A stretch of DNA of 26,713 nt from a virus. Its lineage: Duplodnaviria > Heunggongvirae > Uroviricota > Caudoviricetes. The DNA lies in the IMG/VR virus record IMGVR_UViG_3300043411_002784; one strand, written 5' to 3'. Under the pieces are notes generated by a model. That model had not been told where the DNA came from. It saw only the letters and a list, made by a program, of their open reading frames with translations, and searched no databases. The stretch's first letter is position 1, and each line of letters starts with the position of its first letter. Position numbers and translations under genes: made by a program. Of the stretch, positions 15,538-23,235 are shown piece after piece.

Positions 15538-15732
15538 GTGTACGAAGGTACGCGTTACGACGTCAAGACGCCCCTGCAGAAGATCGCCGACGGCATCCTG
15601 GAGCTGCAGGCGGCGGTCGACGAACGCATCAGCGACGAAGAGAACGTTCCGGCGGTGCTCAACCAGCTCAACGACCTGGCGACGGACCTGCGCGCGGTGC
15701 GCCTGCGTTGCCTTTGCATGAAGGAACTGTAA
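15538..15732 (+). CDS. Small helical hypothetical protein (64 aa)
   Basis: AGGAG Shine-Dalgarno before GTG. Confidence 0.75.
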   Translation: MYEGTRYDVKTPLQKIADGILELQAAVDERISDEENVPAVLNQLNDLATDLRAVRLRCLCMKEL

Positions 15733-15734
15733 CC

Positions 15735-16007
15735 ATGGCCTACGATCAAGACGCCGCCGTACGGCACGTCATCCGCGAGTCCTTCCGCGAACTGGCGGAG
15801 AAGCTCGCCGACTTCAACCAGACGACCCATACGTCCTTCCATCGTCACCGGGGCCTGCCCGGGATCACGGAGTGTCTCGCCGCTTGTTACATGAAGCCAG
15901 ACGCGCTCGCGATCAGCAACCTGTCGCAGACGCTGCGGCAATTTCTCAAGGACTCGAACCATGACCCAGACGCCCCTCCGTTCGGACGTGAGGCACCTCC
16001 CGGCTGA
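15735..16007 (+). CDS. Hypothetical protein (90 aa)
   Basis: AAGGA then ATG at 15735. Confidence 0.75.
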   Translation: MAYDQDAAVRHVIRESFRELAEKLADFNQTTHTSFHRHRGLPGITECLAACYMKPDALAISNLSQTLRQFLKDSNHDPDAPPFGREAPPG

Positions 16008-16491
16008 CCGGGACCTGACGCTCTGCCCCTTCGGCTGCGAGGGGGCGGCGCAGCACAACGACTCGTGTTACTCCTGGGAGTGCGGCAGCAACTCGCTGCG
16101 ATTGGCGTCCGACTCGACGACGCACGACGGCAAGAAGGGCGATCCGATCCCCGGCGACCTCGTCCAGACGCCGCTCTGCCGGCTTCGCTTAGAGATGGTC
16201 GAGCTGCGACGGGAACGCGACGAGCTGCAGCGCAAGCCGCGGATGGCCGACTATCGGGGCTGCACTTACCTGCGGCCTCTCTGGTGGAGCTGGCCCTCGT
16301 GGTGCTACCGGCTTTGGCGGCGGTTCGGCTGCCGCCGCGAGATGCACCTGTTCGACGAGGTCTACTCGACGGGCGGCGGGCTCAGGCATTATCTGGTTTG
16401 CGACGCCTGCCAGTTGATGGTGGGGATCACCTGTTTCGACGACACCTACTGCAAGGACGCGAAATCTTCCCTAACGAAAGAAGACCCGTGA
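15961..16491 (+). CDS. Cys/Trp-rich hypothetical protein (176 aa), possibly Zn-binding
   Basis: Several Cys motifs including CDAC; start uncertain. Confidence 0.65.
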   Translation: MTQTPLRSDVRHLPADRDLTLCPFGCEGAAQHNDSCYSWECGSNSLRLASDSTTHDGKKGDPIPGDLVQTPLCRLRLEMVELRRERDELQRKPRMADYRGCTYLRPLWWSWPSWCYRLWRRFGCRREMHLFDEVYSTGGGLRHYLVCDACQLMVGITCFDDTYCKDAKSSLTKEDP

Positions 16492-16841
16492 GTTCGATGC
16501 TAAACATCCGCAATTGCCATATCTCCGCCTGCGGCGCGCCGCCTGTCGGCGTCTCTTACGACGAGTGCGATTACATCGGCTACTTCCAGAACCACTACGG
16601 AGAGCAGTGGATCTTTACGGTGGCGAAGGGCGATCTGCACGAGGAGACGCCGCACAAGGGCCAGCTCCGCGGCGGCGACATCGATTGGGAAAAGACCTAC
16701 TACGTGACGCACGAGCCCGAGGGTCTGTGCGTGCGCAACGCGGAGACGAACGAGCCGATCGCTCTGAACCGCTCGGAGAAGACCTGGCTTCTTTGCGTCT
16801 GGGAGACGGCGTTTCACCGCGGACGCATGCACACGATCTGA
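16488..16841 (+). CDS. Hypothetical protein (117 aa)
   Basis: GTGA overlap with the upstream stop (alternative ATG at 16497); YIGYFQNHYGEQWIF...GQLRGGDIDW. Confidence 0.8.
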   Translation: MSSMLNIRNCHISACGAPPVGVSYDECDYIGYFQNHYGEQWIFTVAKGDLHEETPHKGQLRGGDIDWEKTYYVTHEPEGLCVRNAETNEPIALNRSEKTWLLCVWETAFHRGRMHTI

Positions 16842-16886
16842 TTACTCGCTCAACTGGCCGCCCCGTTCCTTTATGGAGATCTCGTG

Positions 16887-17261
16887 ATGGAAGGCGAAGT
16901 CAACGCTTTGGACGCCTGGAAACGCAAGCGACGATTGCAGACTCTCGTGCTGTGCCTTATGGCGCTGTCAGGGGTAGGCGCTGCGGCTCTTATGCTCTGC
17001 TTAGGCTTGCCGCCGGATGGCGACGGGTCTGCGGAGCTCACGCCGCCCAAGCCGCCTGCGACGGTCGTCAAGCCGATCGACCGCCTAGAGCCGCTGATCC
17101 TGGGCGACCGCAACGGACTCGTCTATCAGATGGAGTTCCGCGTCCTGGCCGCTGACAAGACCTATTGCGTCGTGAGCATCACGGACTTCGAGAAGCTCAG
17201 CGTGGGCGACCAGTTCGCGGCCGAGTGGCGGCCGATGTTCGGTCCCGGCCCTGACGAGTGA
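16887..17261 (+). CDS. Single-pass membrane protein (124 aa)
   Basis: GGAG Shine-Dalgarno; basic patch followed by a hydrophobic helix. Confidence 0.8.
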   Translation: MEGEVNALDAWKRKRRLQTLVLCLMALSGVGAAALMLCLGLPPDGDGSAELTPPKPPATVVKPIDRLEPLILGDRNGLVYQMEFRVLAADKTYCVVSITDFEKLSVGDQFAAEWRPMFGPGPDE

Positions 17262-17267
17262 GCCGGA

Positions 17268-17313
17268 AATCGTATCAAATATGATACGATTCTGGGCGGT
17301 AATCGTATCAAAT
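17268..17313. promoter_or_regulatory. Operator pair: 10-4-10 inverted repeat AATCGTATCA-AATA-TGATACGATT plus a direct copy of the half-site 33 bp downstream
   Basis: Perfect inverted repeat 17268-17291; AATCGTATCAAAT again at 17301-17313. Confidence 0.75.
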
Positions 17314-17341
17314 GTGATCCTTCCCGCAGGAGAACTGCCCG

Positions 17342-17644
17342 ATGAGTAAGGTGATGCCCAAGGCCTACCGGCCCGAGATCGCCAAAGAGGTCGCCCGCGC
17401 GGATCGCGAGGGCTGGCAGGTGACGGAAGTCGCCCAGATCGATTACTGGGTCGTGGCGGGGACGTCTCGCTGGGGTCGTCTGATCCGTCGCGACGGCAAG
17501 TTCGTCAGCTGCGGTCACAAGCACCGCACCAAAGCGGCGGCTTTGCGCTGCCTGCCCAAGACGACGCGACTGCAGCCCGGCAACTGCGCCCGTTACGAGG
17601 TGCAGCGTCGCGAAGGCTTCGCGATCCGTCGCGTCAAGAAGTAA
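17342..17644 (+). CDS. Basic hypothetical protein (100 aa)
   Basis: AGGAG Shine-Dalgarno; CGHKHRTKAAALRC motif. Confidence 0.85.
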   Translation: MSKVMPKAYRPEIAKEVARADREGWQVTEVAQIDYWVVAGTSRWGRLIRRDGKFVSCGHKHRTKAAALRCLPKTTRLQPGNCARYEVQRREGFAIRRVKK

Positions 17645-17648
17645 TGAA

Positions 17649-17676
17649 GCCTGCCAGACGGCGTTATTGTCTGGTC
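17649..17676 (+). repeat. Pseudoknot repeat, isolated copy just after a stop codon
   Basis: GCC-T-GCCAGAC-GGC-GTTATT-GTCTGGT-C. Confidence 0.85.
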
Positions 17677-17695
17677 TAGCTGGGAGACTTGATCG

Positions 17696-18241
17696 ATGTC
17701 CGCAGGAAAGAAAAACGTTTACACCTGTCCCCAGGGACACGAAACCGTCACCGTCGACCTGGTCGACGGGACGACGCCGTTTATGATCTCGTGCCGCACG
17801 CCGGGCTGCGGGGCGACGGCCCAGTCGTCGTTCTACGGCGTCGACCAGGCCCGTGACGCCCTCTGGGAGTGGTACCGCCCTGACGACACGGAGAAGGGCG
17901 GACTCGCCGCCGCGATGCGCAAGCACGTCGAGATGGGCGGCTTGCTGCTGCGCGAACACGCCGAGCTCGGCGGTCAGCTAGGGGAAGAGCCGTGCCCGGA
18001 AGCCAAGCTCGTCTGGGGTCCGGCGCGACCGAACTATCAAAGTGCGACGACCCTCGTTCCCGAGGAGCGTCCCGTCGTCGGCTTTAGACGGTCGTCGATC
18101 CCGACGTTCGATCCCAGCTTGAAGCCCTTGCCCCGTTATCAGCCGTGCCTGGACTGTCAAAAGCCCACGCGCGGCCGGTTCTGCCAGCCCTGCCTCGCCG
18201 CCCAGGCGGCGCGAGCGGCGCTGCCCCGGTCCGAGACTTGA
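17696..18241 (+). CDS. Zn-ribbon-type hypothetical protein (181 aa)
   Basis: GGGAG Shine-Dalgarno; CPQGH, CRTPGC and CLDC...CQPC motifs. Confidence 0.8.
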   Translation: MSAGKKNVYTCPQGHETVTVDLVDGTTPFMISCRTPGCGATAQSSFYGVDQARDALWEWYRPDDTEKGGLAAAMRKHVEMGGLLLREHAELGGQLGEEPCPEAKLVWGPARPNYQSATTLVPEERPVVGFRRSSIPTFDPSLKPLPRYQPCLDCQKPTRGRFCQPCLAAQAARAALPRSET

Positions 18242-18327
18242 CCAGCCTAGCCGGAAGTCAAAAGCCCGCCACTTGTGAACATGTGGCGGTGGTTCGGCCC
18301 GTCCCCTATCACGTAAGGAACGCGAAG

Positions 18328-18567
18328 ATGTTTCACTTTTCCCCTCTGTGGCTGCTCCTCATCCCCGTCTCCAGCGTCGTCGGTCTGTGCCTGGTGCTGC
18401 ACGCCTCGCGGCATGCGCCCATGCGACAGGACACGCCCGACTATTGGGACGCGACGGAGCCGAGCGGCCGCGAACCCGGAGAATCCGACAATGGCAGCGA
18501 CTGTGCAGCCCGAAGCCAAAGGTCTAGAAGAGGCGGCCGTCAACAAGGTCGCCTGTCCCGAGTGTAG
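18328..18567 (+). CDS. Single-pass membrane protein (79 aa)
   Basis: AAGGA then ATG at 18328; hydrophobic N-terminus; overlaps the next ORF by 77 nt. Confidence 0.55.
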   Translation: MFHFSPLWLLLIPVSSVVGLCLVLHASRHAPMRQDTPDYWDATEPSGREPGESDNGSDCAARSQRSRRGGRQQGRLSRV

Positions 18568-19057
18568 ACGTCGCACGGGCTCCGTGTGCGTCACCGAGGC
18601 GGGACGCACGCGCAAGCACGTTCATCCCAAGCGAATCCAAGCCCTCCGCGACTTCGACCCTGAACTGGCGGCGACGATCGAGATGTCGTCCACCGACCAG
18701 GGCGTCGAGGTGGCGAAGACAATGCGGATCTGGACGCTGGGCTACACGCCCTTCGTCATGGGCGGCTCGACGCTGCAGCCGATCTGCACGCACGTCCCCG
18801 TCACGGGGCCGATCAAGCTCCCCAAGGGGATCGAGGTCTACGAGGCCCGCTCGCCTCACGGGAAGACCTACGTCGTCGAGGCGACCACCGGCGGCATCGT
18901 CGGCGATTCGGTCGCCAAGGTGCGGCAGGACCTCGGCCAGGCGCCCCAGGCCGTGCTCGCCAAGCAGCTCGCGCAGCAACGCGCCAAGGGCGAGCAGGCG
19001 ACGGAGCTGCAGCCCGGCGACTTCTGGCGACGCATGGAGCAGGGGCTGAAGAAGTGA
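18491..19057 (+). CDS. Hypothetical protein with an N-terminal CPEC...C...H Zn-finger-like motif (188 aa)
   Basis: GGAGA then ATG at 18491. Confidence 0.75.
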   Translation: MAATVQPEAKGLEEAAVNKVACPECRRRTGSVCVTEAGRTRKHVHPKRIQALRDFDPELAATIEMSSTDQGVEVAKTMRIWTLGYTPFVMGGSTLQPICTHVPVTGPIKLPKGIEVYEARSPHGKTYVVEATTGGIVGDSVAKVRQDLGQAPQAVLAKQLAQQRAKGEQATELQPGDFWRRMEQGLKK

Positions 19058-19227
19058 CCAAACTCTCGCCCAGGGCCTGCGTCTTCTTCTCCTGCTCCGC
19101 CGGGCTCTGCGCCGTGCTGGGCGCGTGCGCGGGCGACCTGATCGATTGGCCCTGGCGGTTAGGGGCCGGCGTGTTGGCGGGCCTGGCGCTCGCTAGCCAG
19201 TTTCCGAAATCTCGTCCTGGAGGCTAA
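19054..19227 (+). CDS. Small membrane protein (57 aa), absent from the ORF track
   Basis: GTGA overlap with the upstream stop; two hydrophobic segments; fills the gap exactly. Confidence 0.65.
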   Translation: MTKLSPRACVFFSCSAGLCAVLGACAGDLIDWPWRLGAGVLAGLALASQFPKSRPGG

Positions 19228-19229
19228 GC

Positions 19230-19496
19230 ATGTTCGACGTCGACAAGGCGTTCGTCGCGTGGGCGAGCGATGCGGAGAAATACCCGCTCGTCGACCGCAT
19301 CACCGCGCGCCTCCATCTGGAGGGGGTCACTGCGGATCAATTCCACGAGCGGTGGCTCAGGCGGTACCACGAGGGCGGCAATCGCCTGAGCCTGGCGACG
19401 GTCAACAACATCTACAGCCGGATGCGGGACGTTTCGCACGGCACGTTCCGTCTCGACAAGCGGCTGACGGAGCTCGCGCTGGAGTTGCCGATCTGA
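19230..19496 (+). CDS. Hypothetical protein (88 aa)
   Basis: GGAGG Shine-Dalgarno. Confidence 0.8.
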   Translation: MFDVDKAFVAWASDAEKYPLVDRITARLHLEGVTADQFHERWLRRYHEGGNRLSLATVNNIYSRMRDVSHGTFRLDKRLTELALELPI

Positions 19497-19534
19497 AGAC
19501 GTTACAACGTCGCTAGCCAAGGAGGGCTCGCATC

Positions 19535-19636
19535 ATGTCGTTTCGACGTTATCTGGTCTGGATGTTGACGAGCGTCGCCTTAGGGTGGCTCGTCTTGTAC
19601 CTGTACTGCGGCTTTCTTACCCGAGAACATAATTGA
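19535..19636 (+). CDS. 33-aa single-pass membrane peptide, absent from the ORF track
   Basis: AAGGAGG Shine-Dalgarno; MSFRRYLVWMLTSVALGWLVLYLYCGFLTREHN. Confidence 0.65.
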   Translation: MSFRRYLVWMLTSVALGWLVLYLYCGFLTREHN

Positions 19637-19643
19637 TCGGACC

Positions 19644-19922
19644 ATGTTAAAACCCGCCAACGCTAAGTTTCTCGATCGCATCACGTCGCTCAGCGTGGAG
19701 CAGGCGGAACGGTTGGCGTTCGAGGGCCACTTGGCCCAACGCGACTATGACCGGTTCCTGCGGATTCACGAGTGGGCCGCCCCGCGGACCTCGTCCTGGG
19801 CTCAGGAACGGCACTACAATCGGTACGGCTACGCGTCGTACCTGGCGAAGATGAACCGGCTGCGCCGCGTGCTGCAGCTGCCGCAATATCCCCTGCCTGA
19901 TCCTGTAGGAGCCATTGCGTGA
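19644..19922 (+). CDS. Hypothetical protein (92 aa)
   Basis: ORF fits the tiling. Confidence 0.75.
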   Translation: MLKPANAKFLDRITSLSVEQAERLAFEGHLAQRDYDRFLRIHEWAAPRTSSWAQERHYNRYGYASYLAKMNRLRRVLQLPQYPLPDPVGAIA

Positions 19923-20074
19923 GAAAGAAACTCTGCACGACGCTGCTAGTTCTCTTCGGCGCGGGGGCGACGCTCGCCGTATTCTATCAGGGCCATTTCT
20001 TCGCCGGACTTGGCGCTGCCATGGTCAGCCTGGCGGTCACTGGTTTCCTACATTACGAGGTGTGGAATGAATGA
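19919..20074 (+). CDS. Small two-helix membrane protein (51 aa), absent from the ORF track
   Basis: AGGAG Shine-Dalgarno; GTGA overlap. Confidence 0.65.
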   Translation: MRKKLCTTLLVLFGAGATLAVFYQGHFFAGLGAAMVSLAVTGFLHYEVWNE

Positions 20075-20207
20075 CCGCCTGGACGCGGGCGAGCCGCTGC
20101 GCTACGTCGGCGGACGGTCGCTGGACGGCAAGTCGCCGACGTTGATTCCGTTTCTTGACGCCGTGCCTGCGGACGACGCGCCCCCTGCCGCAACAGAGGA
20201 CCTATGA
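20067..20207 (+). CDS. Small hypothetical protein (46 aa)
   Basis: GAGG then ATG at 20067; ATGA coupling to the next gene. Confidence 0.55.
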   Translation: MNDRLDAGEPLRYVGGRSLDGKSPTLIPFLDAVPADDAPPAATEDL

Positions 20208-20419
20208 TCACCGAAGAAGAAGCCAAGGCCCTCGTCGCCCCGCAACGCTGGCGGGTCGGCGAACAAGCGCTCCAGGAGTGCAGCGGACCGGAGCTGATGG
20301 ACCGTTTGTTGCTGGAGCACAACGGGACGACGCTCGCGCAGGTCGGCCAGCTGTTGGGCTCCGTCCCCGTGGGCGGCGACGTCTACCTGGAGAATCTCAG
20401 GTATCACCGCCTGCAGTAG
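20204..20419 (+). CDS. Hypothetical protein (71 aa)
   Basis: GAGGA Shine-Dalgarno; ATGA overlap. Confidence 0.75.
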   Translation: MITEEEAKALVAPQRWRVGEQALQECSGPELMDRLLLEHNGTTLAQVGQLLGSVPVGGDVYLENLRYHRLQ

Positions 20420-20455
20420 ACCTACTTTACTATATACGCCCAGGACGGAGGTCGC

Positions 20456-20668
20456 GTGGCGGAAACCCCGGGAAAACAAGGGTCTGACGAACAGGCTGAG
20501 GGGAGTATATATACTCCCCTCGCGGCCCCCGAGCTCTGCCCGACGTGCGAGACGCCGCTGAAGTTAGAGACCGATTATTGTCTCGACCAGCACGTGGCGA
20601 TCTGCAGCTATTTAGCCTGCCGCGGCTGCGGCGCGATCTACGAACCCCCAGGAGCGGAAGATGGCTGA
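20456..20668 (+). CDS. Small Zn-ribbon protein (70 aa)
   Basis: GGAGG Shine-Dalgarno; CPTC...CRGC. Confidence 0.75.
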   Translation: MAETPGKQGSDEQAEGSIYTPLAAPELCPTCETPLKLETDYCLDQHVAICSYLACRGCGAIYEPPGAEDG

Positions 20669-21017
20669 GTTTGATCTTAAAGCAATCGCCACGAAGGCCG
20701 TCTACGATGCGCTTAGCGACGAGCAGAAAGAGGAGCTCGTCACGAAGACGCTCGACACGATGCTCAAGGCGTCGACGTCCAACGGGAGCTACCGCAACGA
20801 CGGTCCTTCGCTGCTGGAGACGGCGGTGCAGGACGTTCTCAAGCGGGAGATCGTCGAGCAGGTGCGCGTCTACTTCGAGTCGCATCAGGCGCAGCTCCAG
20901 ACGGTGCTGGGCGGCGTCATCGACCATTTGCTGGACGACGAGGAGATGCGGGAGCTGTTCGTGCGCGCCATCGCCAATTCCATGCAGCAAGGCCTCAAGT
21001 CTCTGCGAGGCTATTAA
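20661..21017 (+). CDS. Helical hypothetical protein (118 aa)
   Basis: GGAG Shine-Dalgarno; overlaps the upstream stop. Confidence 0.85.
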   Translation: MAEFDLKAIATKAVYDALSDEQKEELVTKTLDTMLKASTSNGSYRNDGPSLLETAVQDVLKREIVEQVRVYFESHQAQLQTVLGGVIDHLLDDEEMRELFVRAIANSMQQGLKSLRGY

Positions 21018-21032
21018 GAAGGAGGTCTCGGC

Positions 21033-21575
21033 TTGTATACGTCCGTACGTCCCTATCGCGTGATCTGGTTCGGCGATCTAGGGACGACTCTGCTTGACAA
21101 AACGCTGCCGGCGGTCTGCAATTTCAGGCAAGCGTTGTCGCTGGCCATGCACTTGCAGGGCGCGGCGACGCACGGCGTCCTGATCGACGCCAACGACTGT
21201 TGGGCGGCGGACCTGCCCGTGAAGGACTGGACGCCGCTCGACCCTGACGAAGAGTGGAGTTCCCCGATGCCAAGACTGGTGACCCGCGACGAGTTCGACC
21301 GGGCGTGCAACGCCGTCTGGTCGGAGATCGAATATCAGAACACGCTCCCGCGTCGCACGGACGACGAGGCGAAGGACGTGCCAGGCTTCCTGACGCTGCT
21401 GCGGCGCTATACGCGGCGGACGGAGGACGCCTGGGCGGATCTGCCCGCGGAGGAGCTCAGCGAGCACGGTCCCCAGGTCCGCGAGGCGCTCGGCGGGATG
21501 CGGAAGCTCGCGGCGATCTGCGTCCGCGCGATGATCTACAACGGGATTCGTTTTCGGCTTGACCCGCCCCGCTAA
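21033..21575 (+). CDS. Hypothetical protein; C-terminal half resembles MazG-like all-alpha NTP pyrophosphohydrolases
   Basis: GGAGG before TTG; EIEYQ...MRKLAAICVRAMIYNG pattern recognised by eye only. Confidence 0.55.
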   Translation: MYTSVRPYRVIWFGDLGTTLLDKTLPAVCNFRQALSLAMHLQGAATHGVLIDANDCWAADLPVKDWTPLDPDEEWSSPMPRLVTRDEFDRACNAVWSEIEYQNTLPRRTDDEAKDVPGFLTLLRRYTRRTEDAWADLPAEELSEHGPQVREALGGMRKLAAICVRAMIYNGIRFRLDPPR

Positions 21576-21585
21576 GGGCGGCCGT

Positions 21586-21616
21586 GCCTGCGGCGAGGCT
21601 TGGACGGATCGCCGCC
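21586..21616 (+). repeat. Pseudoknot repeat with a longer (9-nt) loop
   Basis: GCC-T-GCGGCGA-GGC-TTGGACGGA-TCGCCGC-C, 10 nt after a stop. Confidence 0.8.
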
Positions 21617-21657
21617 ATGACGGTGGTCCGATCGCCGACTTCAAGTCGGTCTGCTTT

Positions 21658-21726
21658 CCAGGCGCTATCACTGTCTGGTATAGCGCCCAGGCGCTATAAC
21701 TGCCCGGTATAGCGCCTGGGCGCTAT
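21658..21726. repeat. Tandem 29-bp palindromic repeats (2 full copies plus 1 partial)
   Basis: CCAGGCGCTATCACTGTCTGGTATAGCGC and CCAGGCGCTATAACTGCCCGGTATAGCGC, then CTGGGCGCTAT. Confidence 0.9.
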
Positions 21727-21729
21727 TGT

Positions 21730-21757
21730 GCCTGGGATCGGGCTTCGCACGATCGCC
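21730..21757 (+). repeat. Pseudoknot repeat
   Basis: GCC-T-GGGATCG-GGC-TTCGCA-CGATCGC-C. Confidence 0.8.
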
Positions 21758-21791
21758 CCACATCGACTAAGTCCTTTTAAGGAGAGAACCG

Positions 21792-22475
21792 TTGCTTACG
21801 CCTGTCGCCGCCGAAGAGTTGCGGCTGAAGTCAGTTCGTCAGTTTCAGGAGCTCGTGGGTCTGCACGGCCTGCACAAGTTCGTCGCCGACTTGATGGAGC
21901 TGCTGCGGATCGCCCAGGGCGACGCAGGACATCGCGGCGAGATCGAGCCCCAGCACTGGGTCGTCGTCGGCCGGCAGCTTAACGAGCTGCTCGCCTTCCA
22001 CGGGACGCTCGCCGCGGAGCACGCCTGCGTCGAGGAGGCCCAGGCCGAACTGGAGAAAGCGGTCAACGAGACGTCGCTCGCCATGACGCGCCTCGAAGCC
22101 GTTCAGATGTCGCTCAGCTCGATGAACGCCTGGCGGGAACGCATCCTCGCTTGGGCGACGGAGCAGCAGGAACAACGTCGTCGCGACGAGTACGACGAGG
22201 ACAGCGAGCAAGACAAGTGGCTCCGGGGGCTGATCGCGCGGTTGGAAGACGTGCCGCTCACGATTCGCTTCGAGCCGCTCGACGCAGATCCCGCGTCGCA
22301 GCTGGCCGGCAAGCCGTACGCGGAAGCGATCGTGAAGCTGACCGCCGACTTTAATCACCTGATCCGCCTCGTCCTGCCGCCCGCCGCCGACGGGACGGAG
22401 CTGGGCGGGTACCAGATCGTCTGGGAAGCCGCCGAGCGGCAGCTGACGATGGACTCGCAGCTGACGCAGTCATGA
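21792..22475 (+). CDS. Coiled-coil hypothetical protein (227 aa)
   Basis: AAGGAG Shine-Dalgarno before TTG. Confidence 0.8.
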   Translation: MLTPVAAEELRLKSVRQFQELVGLHGLHKFVADLMELLRIAQGDAGHRGEIEPQHWVVVGRQLNELLAFHGTLAAEHACVEEAQAELEKAVNETSLAMTRLEAVQMSLSSMNAWRERILAWATEQQEQRRRDEYDEDSEQDKWLRGLIARLEDVPLTIRFEPLDADPASQLAGKPYAEAIVKLTADFNHLIRLVLPPAADGTELGGYQIVWEAAERQLTMDSQLTQS

Positions 22476-22738
22476 GCCGCTTCCGCTTCACCGTTCGCCA
22501 GTTGGCCCTGCTCGCCGTCGCCGTGGCGCTGCCCGCGACGGCGGCGCGGTTGTTCTACGAGGGAACTCGCACGACGAGGTTTCCCGACGACGACTATTGG
22601 CACGGCTTTCCCGAATTCTTCAAGGCGATGATCGCTGCGCTGGCGGTCGAGTGCCTGATAATCGCCTGGCCCTGGCTTTGGCTTTGGGCAGGCCGACCAC
22701 GCCCTACCGAGGAGCCTGACGATGAATCAGTTAGTTGA
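22472..22738 (+). CDS. Two-helix membrane protein (88 aa)
   Basis: ATGA overlap; two hydrophobic segments. Confidence 0.75.
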   Translation: MSRFRFTVRQLALLAVAVALPATAARLFYEGTRTTRFPDDDYWHGFPEFFKAMIAALAVECLIIAWPWLWLWAGRPRPTEEPDDESVS

Positions 22739-23234
22739 ACGCGCCGGCGGCAAGGCCTCGGCGGTGATCCGCGCGATGTGCGACGGCCTCGAAGCCAACG
22801 AGCGACGCGACGACTTCAAAATCCGTATGAGCACGTTCGGCCTTGCGGCGCTGCACAAGTGTTTCGGCTGCGCCGCGACGTGCGCCGTGATGCAAATCAG
22901 CGGGCATCGCTTCACTCCCGCAGTGATCGCCAGTAGTCGCGACCGCGCCAAGGAGCTGGATCTGGACTGGGACGACGTCGAGAAGTTCGAGATGGCCATC
23001 GATCGCCTGCGCGCCTTCAGCCGGCCGCAGAGTCTGATGGACTTGTGCGAGGTGCCCGTCGGCGTCTGGATCGAAGCGCTGAACGACGCTACGGGTCGCG
23101 ATTTCCGCGACGTCATGGCGACGTACGAGCTGCGGCCCGAGTCGCGACCCTGGCTGCTGAACGACCACGACTGGCAAGAGCAGCTGCCGATCGTCCGTCG
23201 CTTCGCCGACGCCCTGGAGGCGGTCGGCTACTAA
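22722..23234 (+). CDS. Hypothetical protein (170 aa)
   Basis: GAGGAG Shine-Dalgarno; CFGCAATC motif. Confidence 0.85.
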   Translation: MNQLVERAGGKASAVIRAMCDGLEANERRDDFKIRMSTFGLAALHKCFGCAATCAVMQISGHRFTPAVIASSRDRAKELDLDWDDVEKFEMAIDRLRAFSRPQSLMDLCEVPVGVWIEALNDATGRDFRDVMATYELRPESRPWLLNDHDWQEQLPIVRRFADALEAVGY

Positions 23235-23235
23235 C

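Noticed and set aside
20615-20632. Miniature pseudoknot-like GCC-T-GCCGC-GGC-T-GCGGC
   Set aside because: Stem and loop lengths do not fit the family, and it is explained by the CRGCG codons
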